Source of the DNA: Patescibacteria group bacterium
Lineage (GTDB): Bacteria > Patescibacteriota > Minisyncoccia > Phycocordibacterales > UBA9973
Direction: 5' to 3'
Assembly: GCA_040388095.1 (NCBI GenBank)
Contig: JAZKCM010000003.1
Coordinates: 27,952 to 65,402, forward strand
DNA length: 37,451 nucleotides
The notes under the pieces were generated by a model. The model had not been told where the DNA came from. It worked only from the letters and a program-made list of their open reading frames with translations, and searched no databases. This document shows positions 8,708 to 16,585 of the stretch, one piece after another (position 1 is the first letter of the stretch; every line of letters starts with the position of its first letter). A program made the position numbers and the translations under genes.

Positions 8708-8800
8708 TACATATACTCCCCTACCCTATCGATATGTATAGTCCCTGTGTTCTAAGATATATAAACAAATAGACTACATTTATAGGAGTAAAGTATAGAT

Positions 8801-9586
8801 CTATTTCAGAGAGTATTTAGACCATCTTTTCTCGCCAATTTTATTAAGGACATTATCCTTGATCATAGCGATCAATTCTCTTTGGAGAGTCTTTTCACTA
8901 CAGGATTTTAGAACTCCCGTTTTGTTTTGTAGTATGTCCTTTATGGTCGCTTGTTTCATTTCTTTTATTACTTTTACTATCTCAAATCTTCTTTCTTTTT
9001 TTAACATATCAAAACCTTCTGAGTATTGTTTTTGAGAAGTTTTGTCCGATAGAGCTTTCATTAAAGTGCCTCCTTTTTGAAGCCCGATATTTGTACTTTT
9101 CGTATGTCCATTATGATGTCCTTTATAAAATATTTCTTTTCTAGGTAATACTTGTATGTAAGAATTTTGATCTTCTTCTATGAAATAACCATCGATAGAA
9201 ATAGCATTTTCTTGTGGAACAAGTAGAGCATTCTTAAGTTCATAAAATTCACGAAATAAGATATTCTTATTCATCTGAGATATCATCTTCAATGTAGTTG
9301 TAATATCCAAAAAAGACATAATGCTTTCTACTTTAGTCGAAGCAGAAATATTATCATTCTGATCAATGTCTGATATGATTTCGGTTGCCAATGTCCGTAT
9401 CTTATTTCTCATCGGTTCGTTTTTGTCCATTATGTCCGTAACCATATAAACTGCTGTTACAAGCTTATTTGTCTTTTTATATGATATTTTATTGTCCTTA
9501 ATGAGAGACTCTCTTTCTCTGGAAAGAGAGCTAGCAACTTTGTTAGAATTTGAGAAGTCTTTAAGATTTTTATTTTCTCCAAACAT
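8801..9586 (-). CDS. Putative DNA-binding protein: N-terminal four-helix-bundle-like domain, linker, C-terminal winged helix (DeoR-like HTH)
   Basis: C-terminal RRFEIVKVIK..ATIKDI..CSEKTLQRELIAMIKDNVLNKIGEKRWSKYSL fits a wHTH. N-terminal KKTNKLVTAVYMVTDIMDKNEPMRNKIR resembles 23S-IVP/Avd-type bundles. Start at ATG 9586 inferred from the promoter position. Confidence 0.7.
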   Translation of the reverse strand: MFGENKNLKDFSNSNKVASSLSRERESLIKDNKISYKKTNKLVTAVYMVTDIMDKNEPMRNKIRTLATEIISDIDQNDNISASTKVESIMSFLDITTTLKMISQMNKNILFREFYELKNALLVPQENAISIDGYFIEEDQNSYIQVLPRKEIFYKGHHNGHTKSTNIGLQKGGTLMKALSDKTSQKQYSEGFDMLKKERRFEIVKVIKEMKQATIKDILQNKTGVLKSCSEKTLQRELIAMIKDNVLNKIGEKRWSKYSLK

Positions 9587-9611
9587 GCTGTCCATTATAT
9601 ATAACGGACAG
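8843..9611. repeat. Dispersed array of ~14 TGTCYNWWAT-like motifs in the wHTH gene and its promoter
   Basis: Plus-strand copies start at 8935, 9043, 9105, 9117, 9367, 9392, 9424, 9433, 9470, 9493 and 9589. Minus-strand copies lie at 8843-8852, 9309-9318 and 9601-9610. Confidence 0.85.
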
Positions 9612-9622
9612 GAGTAAGTCAA
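9588..9622 (-). promoter_or_regulatory. Promoter with overlapping palindromic operator
   Basis: TTGACT (9622-9617), 17-bp spacer, TATAAT (9599-9594). Palindrome CTGTCCATTATA/TATAACGGACAG (9588-9611, one mismatch) covers the spacer and -10. Confidence 0.85.
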
Positions 9623-9626
9623 ACAA

Positions 9627-9707
9627 AATAATCTTAAAAAGATATTTTCTGAGTGGTCTGGCTGACTTCCTCCGAGGACCCGAGGAAAACATTTTTTTAA
9701 GATTATT
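9627..9707. repeat. 81-bp palindromic element (REP/MITE-like)
   Basis: 23-bp arms with 2 mismatches (9627-9649 / 9685-9707) enclose a GC-rich core GTCTGGCTGA-N11-GACCCGAGGA. Confidence 0.7.
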
Positions 9708-9771
9708 ATATAAATTTACACAATGATGATTCTGCGAATTTAAATTCAAATATGCTAAAATATATGTACCT

Positions 9772-11964
9772 ATGGCAAAAAAAGAAAACAAGAAACAAAA
9801 AAATTCTTCCACAAAAACAGAATCTTTTACAACTCTCAAAACTGAAACGAAACATGGTATCTGGGCCGTCGTTTTTTTTGTTTTAGCACTCTTCTTGATT
9901 CTCTCTTCATTCGGTAGCGCTGGTATCGCCGGCAAGTTTTTCTATCGAATTTTTTCGTACTTACTTGGTGTCGGCTATGCACTCCTCCCAATACTTTTCT
10001 TACTCCTCGGTTACTCATTTGTAAAATCTGAAAAACCAAATATTGGTTTAGGGCGAGGTATCAGTGCAGGACTTTTTTTAGTCTCAAGTCTTGGGCTTTT
10101 TGATATAGCTTCGAAGAATCATGCTGGTGGATTTTTAGGAAAAATAACTGCTATGCCACTCGTCGGACTTTTTGATATTTATGCAAGTATTGTCTTCCTC
10201 GGAGCGCTTCTAATTATTTCACTTTTAATGATGTTTGATGCACGTCCAACACTCCTTCCATACATAGAAAAAATCTTTACAATTTTTAGGAAAAAAACTG
10301 CCGGACTTGCTATCAATAACGACGATGAAATCGAAGCAGAACTTGGCACAGAAAAAGACCCAGAAGAAGAGGAAGAAGTACCTGAAGAAAAACCTCAAAA
10401 AGAAATTAAAAAAGATAAAGTAAAAGAAAAAAAAGAGGAAGAAGAATTGACTCCAAATCCAGCTGGCAAATATGTCTCTCACGCATACGTTCCTCCCCCA
10501 CTTTCTCTTCTCGAAGAAGACAAAGGAAAGCCAAATACTGGCGACATCAAAGCTAATGCAAATATCATCAAAAGAACTCTCCAGAACTTCGGTATTGAAG
10601 TTGAAATGGATGAGATTACAGTCGGCCCGACTGTCACTCGCTATGCCTTGAAGCCTGCAGAAGGTGTAAAACTCTCTCGCATCGTCGGCCTCCAGAGCGA
10701 CCTCGCGCTTGCTCTCGCTGCCCACCCTATCCGTATTGAAGCACCGATCCCAGGAAAATCTCTCGTCGGTATTGAAATTCCAAACAAAGTAAAATCTACA
10801 GTCGGACTCGCGACACTCCTCGCAGATGAGAAATTCCAAAATTCTGCCAAGCCACTCACTGTCGCTCTCGGTCGTGGTATTTCTGGAAAAGCGACATTTG
10901 CAAACTTAGCAAAAATGCCACACGCCCTCATCGCCGGTACGACTGGTTCTGGAAAATCTGTCACTATACACTCAGTCATCACATCGCTTCTATATAGAAA
11001 TGGCCCAGACGACCTCAAATTTATTATGGTTGACCCAAAGAGAGTCGAGCTCACACTATATAACAAGATTCCTCACCTACTCACTCCTGTCATAACTGAC
11101 GCAAAGAAATCAATTCTCGCACTCAAATGGGCTGCAAAAGAAATGGATCGCAGGTATGACATCTTGCAGGAAGTATCAGTACGCGATATCGGCTCATATC
11201 ACGAAAGTTTTGCTGGTAAGATGAAAAAAGTCGTAAACGAAGCTGGAGAAAAAGTTGAAAAAGAAAATGAACGTATGCCATATATCGTCATTATCATCGA
11301 CGAACTTGCAGATATTATGACTGCATATCCAAGAGAATTAGAATCAGCGATCGTCCGCCTCGCACAAATGTCTCGAGCAGTTGGAATACATATCATCCTC
11401 TCCACTCAACGCCCTGAAGTCAATGTTATTACTGGACTCATTAAAGCCAACATTCCTGCCCGCGTCGCACTCAAAGTGTCTTCCGGTATCGATTCCCGTA
11501 CAATTCTCGATGCGACAGGTGCAGAAAAGCTCCTTGGAGCTGGAGATATGCTTTATTCTTCAGGCGAAGCTCAGCCAGAACGTCTCCAAAGTGCCTTTAT
11601 TTCAGAAGGCGAAGTGAAGAAAGTCGTAAAATACCTTGCAGAAAGTTATGCAGATGAGATTACAGCTGAAATTTCTCTTTCAAATGAGAGTATTTCCCGA
11701 GACAAGAGCATATTTGAATCCAATTTGGACGAAGAAGACAGCGAAGAAGATGAAATGTACGAGGAAGCGAGAAGTGTTATAATAGAAGCAGGTAAAGCAA
11801 GTACTTCGTACCTCCAAAGAAAACTCGGTCTCGGTTATGCACGAGCTGCACGCTTGATCGATATGCTCGAAGAACGTGGTGTCGTCGGACCTGGAAGCGG
11901 ATCAAAACCAAGAGAAGTATTAGAAAAAATCGACCGAGATGAAAACGGTAATAACGTAATATAA
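9772..11964 (+). CDS. ftsK: DNA translocase FtsK/SpoIIIE
   Basis: N-terminal transmembrane helices, GPTVTRY, RIEAPIPGK, Walker A GTTGSGKS, IIDELAD, gamma domain STSYLQRKLGLGYARAARLID. Confidence 0.97.
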   Translation: MAKKENKKQKNSSTKTESFTTLKTETKHGIWAVVFFVLALFLILSSFGSAGIAGKFFYRIFSYLLGVGYALLPILFLLLGYSFVKSEKPNIGLGRGISAGLFLVSSLGLFDIASKNHAGGFLGKITAMPLVGLFDIYASIVFLGALLIISLLMMFDARPTLLPYIEKIFTIFRKKTAGLAINNDDEIEAELGTEKDPEEEEEVPEEKPQKEIKKDKVKEKKEEEELTPNPAGKYVSHAYVPPPLSLLEEDKGKPNTGDIKANANIIKRTLQNFGIEVEMDEITVGPTVTRYALKPAEGVKLSRIVGLQSDLALALAAHPIRIEAPIPGKSLVGIEIPNKVKSTVGLATLLADEKFQNSAKPLTVALGRGISGKATFANLAKMPHALIAGTTGSGKSVTIHSVITSLLYRNGPDDLKFIMVDPKRVELTLYNKIPHLLTPVITDAKKSILALKWAAKEMDRRYDILQEVSVRDIGSYHESFAGKMKKVVNEAGEKVEKENERMPYIVIIIDELADIMTAYPRELESAIVRLAQMSRAVGIHIILSTQRPEVNVITGLIKANIPARVALKVSSGIDSRTILDATGAEKLLGAGDMLYSSGEAQPERLQSAFISEGEVKKVVKYLAESYADEITAEISLSNESISRDKSIFESNLDEEDSEEDEMYEEARSVIIEAGKASTSYLQRKLGLGYARAARLIDMLEERGVVGPGSGSKPREVLEKIDRDENGNNVI

Positions 11965-11971
11965 AAAAATA

Positions 11972-12316
11972 ATGAACCAAGATGCAAAAAAAATAATAAA
12001 AATTTCTTCCCTCGCATTTTTATTTTTGTTTATTATCTTATATGCCTTCTTTCGATCCAAAGATTTAATCTTTGGCGTCCATATCAAAAATGTAAACATC
12101 GTAGATGGAGTAAAACTTGAAACTAATATCCTTACAGTAACTGGAAATGCAAAAAATGCAGTACTCCTCAGCTTAAATGGTAGAGAAATATCAATAGACC
12201 AAAATGGAAATTGGAATGAGACGATCGTTGTCTTACCTGGTTACAATATTGTAAAAATTAATGCAAAAGATAAATTTGGGCACACAGATGAAAAAAATTA
12301 TAAATTAATGTTGTAA
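11972..12316 (+). CDS. Small membrane-anchored Ig-like (glucodextranase-B-like) protein
   Basis: One N-terminal transmembrane helix, then [16 protein letters not shown]...[16 protein letters not shown]. Confidence 0.65.
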   Translation: MNQDAKKIIKISSLAFLFLFIILYAFFRSKDLIFGVHIKNVNIVDGVKLETNILTVTGNAKNAVLLSLNGREISIDQNGNWNETIVVLPGYNIVKINAKDKFGHTDEKNYKLML

Positions 12317-12320
12317 AATT

Positions 12321-13364
12321 ATGATAAAAAAAGCAAAAAAGGCAGGTAATAGTGAGACGATGGACAACAGAGCATTGAACGATACGATTAAATCAATCCA
12401 GACAAAATTCGGTGAAGGTGCAATAATGAAACTCGGTGAAAAACCGAAAGTCGATGTCGATGTCATTCCTACTGGTTCACTCGGACTCGATATGGCACTC
12501 GGTATCGGTGGAGTACCTCGTGGAAGAATCATCGAAATATTTGGACCAGAATCTTCTGGTAAGACTACCCTTGCCCTCCACATCGTCGCTGAAGCTCAAA
12601 AGAAAGGCGGTGTCTGCGCATATATCGATGCTGAACATGCTATGGATCCAGTCTATGCGAAAAATCTCGGCGTTAATACTGACGACCTCTTCATCTCTCA
12701 GCCAGATACAGGAGAACAAGGTCTTGAAATCTGTGAATCTCTCGTGCGCTCTGGAAAAATAGACGTTATCGTTATCGACTCTGTTGCAGCACTTACTCCA
12801 AAAGATGAAATCGAGGGAGATATGGGTCAGGCACACGTGGGACGACAAGCACGCCTTATGTCTCACGCACTCCGCAAGCTCACTGCAATCGTTGCCCGTT
12901 CAAAAACTGTCGTTATTTTCATCAACCAAATCCGTATGCAAATCGGTGTGATGTTTGGTAATCCTGAAACAACTCCAGGAGGAAAAGCGCTCAAATTTTA
13001 TACATCAGTGCGTTTTGATATTCGTAGAATCGCTCAAATAAAAAAAGGTGAAGAAGTCGTCGGCGGAAGAACTCGTGTTAAGATCGTCAAAAACAAAGTC
13101 GCTGCTCCATTCAAACAAACTGAATTCGATATCATTTATGGTGAAGGTATTTCACACGAAGGTGAACTTATGGCTCTCGGTGAGAAACTCGGCATCATTG
13201 AAAAATCCGGTGCATCATACTCAATGAAAGATAAAGTAGCAATGGGCCGAGGATATGATGCGACACGCACATGGCTCAAAGAAAATACAAAAGTAGCTAA
13301 AGAAATCAAAAAAGAAATCGAACACCGCTTCGGAGAAATCCAAGTCTCAAGCTCTGGAGAATAA
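12321..13364 (+). CDS. recA: Recombinase RecA
   Basis: [28 protein letters not shown] and GGKALKFY motifs. ATG 12360 is an alternative start. Confidence 0.99.
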   Translation: MIKKAKKAGNSETMDNRALNDTIKSIQTKFGEGAIMKLGEKPKVDVDVIPTGSLGLDMALGIGGVPRGRIIEIFGPESSGKTTLALHIVAEAQKKGGVCAYIDAEHAMDPVYAKNLGVNTDDLFISQPDTGEQGLEICESLVRSGKIDVIVIDSVAALTPKDEIEGDMGQAHVGRQARLMSHALRKLTAIVARSKTVVIFINQIRMQIGVMFGNPETTPGGKALKFYTSVRFDIRRIAQIKKGEEVVGGRTRVKIVKNKVAAPFKQTEFDIIYGEGISHEGELMALGEKLGIIEKSGASYSMKDKVAMGRGYDATRTWLKENTKVAKEIKKEIEHRFGEIQVSSSGE

Positions 13365-13365
13365 A

Positions 13366-13393
13366 AAAACGCTACACATTTGTGTAGCGTTTT
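13366..13393. terminator. Bidirectional intrinsic terminator
   Basis: AAAACGCTACACA/TGTGTAGCGTTTT inverted repeat between convergent genes. Confidence 0.85.
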
Positions 13394-13401
13394 CGCTTTT
13401 T

Positions 13402-13953
13402 TTAATTCATTTCAAAACTGAAATCTTCAAGATCAAAGTCTTCCCAATCGAAACATGTACTATCACATAATTCTGCTTTCAGATACATAAAGAAAACGGC
13501 TTTACATGTCCTGGCATCAGGTTTGTCTAATGCTTCAGATATACTATGTTTCATATCCCAAAAACTCAACTCTGTTTTTTTACTTTCATTACCAATGATT
13601 CTTTCAAAGTAATTGGTGTACGCAGAATTGCTTCCCGGAACAATTGAAATCTTTCCATTAAACACAGCTCCATTTACAATCTCATCCTTTTTGAAAGGAA
13701 ATTCTTGGATTGTTGTTCGAATAGAAAGCAGATCATTTCCTAAGCGTGGGATTTCTGATTTGTAATACGTCTTATTTCCTTTAGGAGTAAAAACAATACT
13801 AAATTGTGGATCAGAATCATTTCTTAAGCGACAAGCAAAATCAGGTGAAAGTGAGATAGTCTTATTCACAACAAAAGCGCGAAAAAGAAGAAAAGAAAAG
13901 ATTAGGCTAAGCGTAGAAAAAAGAATTTCGGGAAAATGTGCTGGAAAGCTCAT
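13402..13953 (-). CDS. Hypothetical protein with N-terminal membrane anchor
   Basis: 183-aa ORF with its own promoter and terminator; no family recognised. Confidence 0.7.
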   Translation of the reverse strand: MSFPAHFPEILFSTLSLIFSFLLFRAFVVNKTISLSPDFACRLRNDSDPQFSIVFTPKGNKTYYKSEIPRLGNDLLSIRTTIQEFPFKKDEIVNGAVFNGKISIVPGSNSAYTNYFERIIGNESKKTELSFWDMKHSISEALDKPDARTCKAVFFMYLKAELCDSTCFDWEDFDLEDFSFEMN

Positions 13954-14000
13954 AGGTTCTAGTTTTAAATTGGTTTATATTTACAAATAAGTTCGAGACT

Positions 14001-14030
14001 ATTATAGCACATATAATAGATAAAAGTCAA
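14001..14030 (-). promoter_or_regulatory. Sigma70 promoter of the 13953 gene
   Basis: TTGACT, 18-bp spacer, TGcTATAAT. Confidence 0.7.
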
Positions 14031-14044
14031 TAGCTTTAAATAAA

Positions 14045-14073
14045 TAGACTTTTGGGGCTTATTTTGTTATATT
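14045..14073 (+). promoter_or_regulatory. Sigma70 promoter of efp
   Basis: TAGACT, 17-bp spacer, TGtTATATT. Confidence 0.55.
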
Positions 14074-14111
14074 TGAGTTACTATTTTATAAATATTTAAA
14101 GAAATACATAT

Positions 14112-14693
14112 ATGGCAACACTAGAATACAGCGAAATACGAGAAAAGAAGATAATCTTACACGGTGACGAACCTTGTGAGGTTGTAGAATCACACGTAGC
14201 ACGTACACAGCAACGCAAACCTCAAAACCAAGTAAAGCTCCGTAGCCTTATCTCAGGTAAAGTCTTCCCTGCTACTTTCCACGTTTCTGACAAAGCTGAC
14301 GAAGCAGATATAGAAAAAAGAGAAGTTACTTTTTTATACAAAAATAAAGGTGAATTTTGGTTCTGCGAAAATGGTAACAAAGCTAATCGTTTCAAACTCG
14401 ATGAAAAGCTCCTCGACGCAAACACAGGCAAATTCCTAAAAGAAAATGAAAATGTCACTGCCCTAGTCTGGGACAATGATGGCGAAGAAGAAACAATTGG
14501 ACTCAAGCTCCCTATCAAAATGCAATTCAAAGTAAAAGAAGCTCCTCCTGCAGTCCGTGGAGACACATCAAAAGGCGGTAACAAATTCATCGTCCTCGAA
14601 AATGGATCGTCAGTCACAGCTCCAATGTTCATAAACGAAGGCGACACTGTCATCATAAATACAGAAACTGGAGATTACGTAGAAAGAGCTTAA
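14112..14693 (+). CDS. efp: Elongation factor P
   Basis: VKLRSLISG, PPAVRGDT and FINEGDTVIINTETGDYVERA; non-canonical tip loop TQQRKP. Confidence 0.95.
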   Translation: MATLEYSEIREKKIILHGDEPCEVVESHVARTQQRKPQNQVKLRSLISGKVFPATFHVSDKADEADIEKREVTFLYKNKGEFWFCENGNKANRFKLDEKLLDANTGKFLKENENVTALVWDNDGEEETIGLKLPIKMQFKVKEAPPAVRGDTSKGGNKFIVLENGSSVTAPMFINEGDTVIINTETGDYVERA

Positions 14694-14713
14694 GTTACAA
14701 ACCTCTCTCTAGC

Positions 14714-14742
14714 TTGACTTTTTATATTAAAAATGCTACTAT
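14714..14742 (+). promoter_or_regulatory. Sigma70 promoter of the 14823 gene
   Basis: TTGACT, 17-bp spacer, TGcTACTAT. Confidence 0.7.
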
Positions 14743-14822
14743 ATAGGTAGATATGTTTTAGCCTGTTCGGTTAAAAAGATCCCGACTAATCAACTAATTT
14801 TTAACCTTTAAAAACTACATAA

Positions 14823-15263
14823 ATGAAACCAAAAACTGTTCTTATTTTGAGATTATCTGCTGCTTTTATAGTTTTCTTTACACTGCTTTGCCTCTCACTT
14901 ACTCCAACCTTCGGTCAAACTGATCCTAAAACCGGCAAACCATTTCGTAATTTTGACCCTAAAACATTTGCTTTGTTTGAGGTGGACCTAACACCACAAA
15001 TGTTGGACACTACTGAAATGGAAAGTGCTGTATTCCCGGTAAAAATAAACTATTTTGGAACAAATATAGTTTATAACTGGAAATCTGATTTACTAATACT
15101 CATATATGACCAAAATCATATACTTAAAGGAATATCTTTTCCTTCAAATGTATTAGCAGACAACTTAACATTAGTAACAAAAAACATTGATACAGGCGAA
15201 ACAAAAACATGGTCAGTTCTTGCTTACAAAACAAGATGCCGAAACCTTTGCAGAGAAAAGTAA
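14823..15263 (+). CDS. Hypothetical secreted protein
   Basis: Signal-peptide-like N terminus ending TFG/Q; own promoter and terminator. Confidence 0.7.
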   Translation: MKPKTVLILRLSAAFIVFFTLLCLSLTPTFGQTDPKTGKPFRNFDPKTFALFEVDLTPQMLDTTEMESAVFPVKINYFGTNIVYNWKSDLLILIYDQNHILKGISFPSNVLADNLTLVTKNIDTGETKTWSVLAYKTRCRNLCREK

Positions 15264-15278
15264 TAGTGAAAATTTATC

Positions 15279-15314
15279 AAAAAAAACCTCCCGGATTTCT
15301 CTGGAGGTTTTTTT
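15279..15314. terminator. Bidirectional intrinsic terminator
   Basis: AAAAAACCTCC...GGAGGTTTTTT between convergent genes. Confidence 0.82.
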
Positions 15315-15328
15315 AATTTCTAGTTAAA

Positions 15329-15529
15329 TTATTTAGCTACGAAAGGAAGTAAAGCCATAAAGCGAGCACGTTTTACGGCGATAGCGAGGTCGCGCTGATT
15401 CTTTGAAGTGACACCGGTTCTCTTGTGACTCATTATTTTGCCGTTAGCATTTAGAAAACGCTTGAGGATATCAGTATCCTTGTAGTCTATATGCTTTATG
15501 TTATTTGATGAAAAGTAATCTTGTCTCAT
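15329..15529 (-). CDS. rpsR: 30S ribosomal protein S18 (Cys-free form)
   Basis: IDYKD..LKRF..GKI..RTG..QR.LA.AVKRAR.MALLPF; rpsF-ssb-rpsR order. Confidence 0.97.
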   Translation of the reverse strand: MRQDYFSSNNIKHIDYKDTDILKRFLNANGKIMSHKRTGVTSKNQRDLAIAVKRARFMALLPFVAK

Positions 15530-15559
15530 ATGTTTGTTTATTTTTATACTATTTATTAA

Positions 15560-16015
15560 TTAAAATGGGATGTCTTCTGGGTTTATATCTTCTTCTGGGT
15601 AATCAATGCCTCCCATATCTTCTTCTTTTGGTGCATTTGCTTCTGATGGAGCACTTGGAGATCCTCCTGTTGGAGCAGTTCCTGTGCCTCGTGGACCAAA
15701 CTGTGTTCGATCAGCGATGATTTCAGTGCGGTATTTCTTCTCACCTGTTCCTTTATCATCCCAAGACCTTGTCTGCATTCTACCTTCGACAAGCATTGAA
15801 TTTCCTTTCTTCATATACTGAGCGACTGTTTCTGCTTGTCTTCCGAAAACAACGACATTGTGATAATCAGCAGATTCTTGCTTTGCACCGTTCTTGTCTT
15901 TCCAGACACGATTAGTCGCAAGAGAGAAACTACATACCTTGATACCAGTTGGGAGAGATTTTAATTCTGGATCACGAGTGAGATTTCCTATGACGATTGC
16001 TTTGTTTAAATACAT
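15560..16015 (-). CDS. ssb: Single-stranded DNA-binding protein
   Basis: LNKAIVIGNLTRDPE, VEGRMQTRSW and the C-terminal DIPF. Confidence 0.98.
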   Translation of the reverse strand: MYLNKAIVIGNLTRDPELKSLPTGIKVCSFSLATNRVWKDKNGAKQESADYHNVVVFGRQAETVAQYMKKGNSMLVEGRMQTRSWDDKGTGEKKYRTEIIADRTQFGPRGTGTAPTGGSPSAPSEANAPKEEDMGGIDYPEEDINPEDIPF

Positions 16016-16033
16016 ATTTTTATATAGTTATTA

Positions 16034-16528
16034 TTAAGCTTCTACCATAGCATCGATTTCTTTATCGATCTCTTCTTTATTTATTTCTACAGGTTCAGCA
16101 TTTTCACTAGAGTTGTCATTACTTCTTTTTGCAACAAAAGTACTTTTTACAAATTTCTTTGTGAAGATAGTGTTTTCACGAACAGTCTTAATTATGAGAT
16201 GTCTAACGATTTTAGGATCAAGATCAAGTTTCTTTTTGAGCTCAAGTACCTTGTCAGCATCCATAGTGAACTTGAACCAACCAAAGTAAGCATTATCGAA
16301 TTTATATCTGATGTTTTTGATAACTTTACTTATTGTATACGCAAGCTCGATATTCTTTGGCATTTCATCTGAAATTAATTCACCGCCGAGAGATGCTATA
16401 AGCTCTTTCAAATTGCCGTATTCAGCAGGTACGTCATTCTCCTCTACTGCCGAGCTCAAAAGGTACGAAACCTCGTAAACACGGGCATCAGATGCATTAT
16501 TAAGGGTTTTTTCTTCGTTCATTTCCAT
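16034..16528 (-). CDS. rpsF: 30S ribosomal protein S6
   Basis: YEVSYLL, LAYTI, AYFGW and IVRHLIIK; position upstream of ssb; acidic tail. Confidence 0.9.
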   Translation of the reverse strand: MEMNEEKTLNNASDARVYEVSYLLSSAVEENDVPAEYGNLKELIASLGGELISDEMPKNIELAYTISKVIKNIRYKFDNAYFGWFKFTMDADKVLELKKKLDLDPKIVRHLIIKTVRENTIFTKKFVKSTFVAKRSNDNSSENAEPVEINKEEIDKEIDAMVEA

Positions 16529-16585
16529 TCCCCCATAATAGCAGAAAGCTTTTTAAAAGTAAACCCCTTGTTTTAAGGCTCGTTT

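Noticed and set aside
8719-8726. KOPS-like octamer GGGTAGGG (minus strand) near ftsK
   Set aside because: A single occurrence; KOPS needs genome-wide strand-skew evidence, and the motif varies between phyla.
8801-9586. Diversity-generating retroelement (Avd-like domain)
   Set aside because: No reverse transcriptase and no TR/VR repeat pair are in the window.
8843-9611. CRISPR or simple tandem-repeat explanation for the motif array
   Set aside because: The units are ~10 bp, irregularly spaced, on both strands and inside an intact ORF. No cas genes are present.
9655-9685. Resemblance to SRP RNA domain IV (minus strand UCGGGUCC-UCGGA-GGAAGUCAGCCA versus UCAGGUCC-GGAA-GGAAGCAGCCA) at the tip of a long hairpin
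   Set aside because: The GNRA tetraloop and the CAGG/AGCA loop are not intact. The related copy in smc keeps the flanking boxes but not the SRP-like middle. An Rfam cmsearch would settle it.
8600-9770. Canonical oriC
   Set aside because: There is only one perfect DnaA box and no dnaA/dnaN nearby. By eye the plus strand looks C-rich on both sides, with no skew switch (not computed).
9570-9935. 121-aa minus-strand ORF
   Set aside because: It is antisense to the ftsK 5' end and runs across promoters and the palindromic element; there is no protein signature.
10225-13000. Antisense and alternative-frame ORFs within ftsK and recA (likewise in the surface protein, glyQS, rnr, smc and thrS)
   Set aside because: Shadow ORFs fully overlapping well-supported genes.
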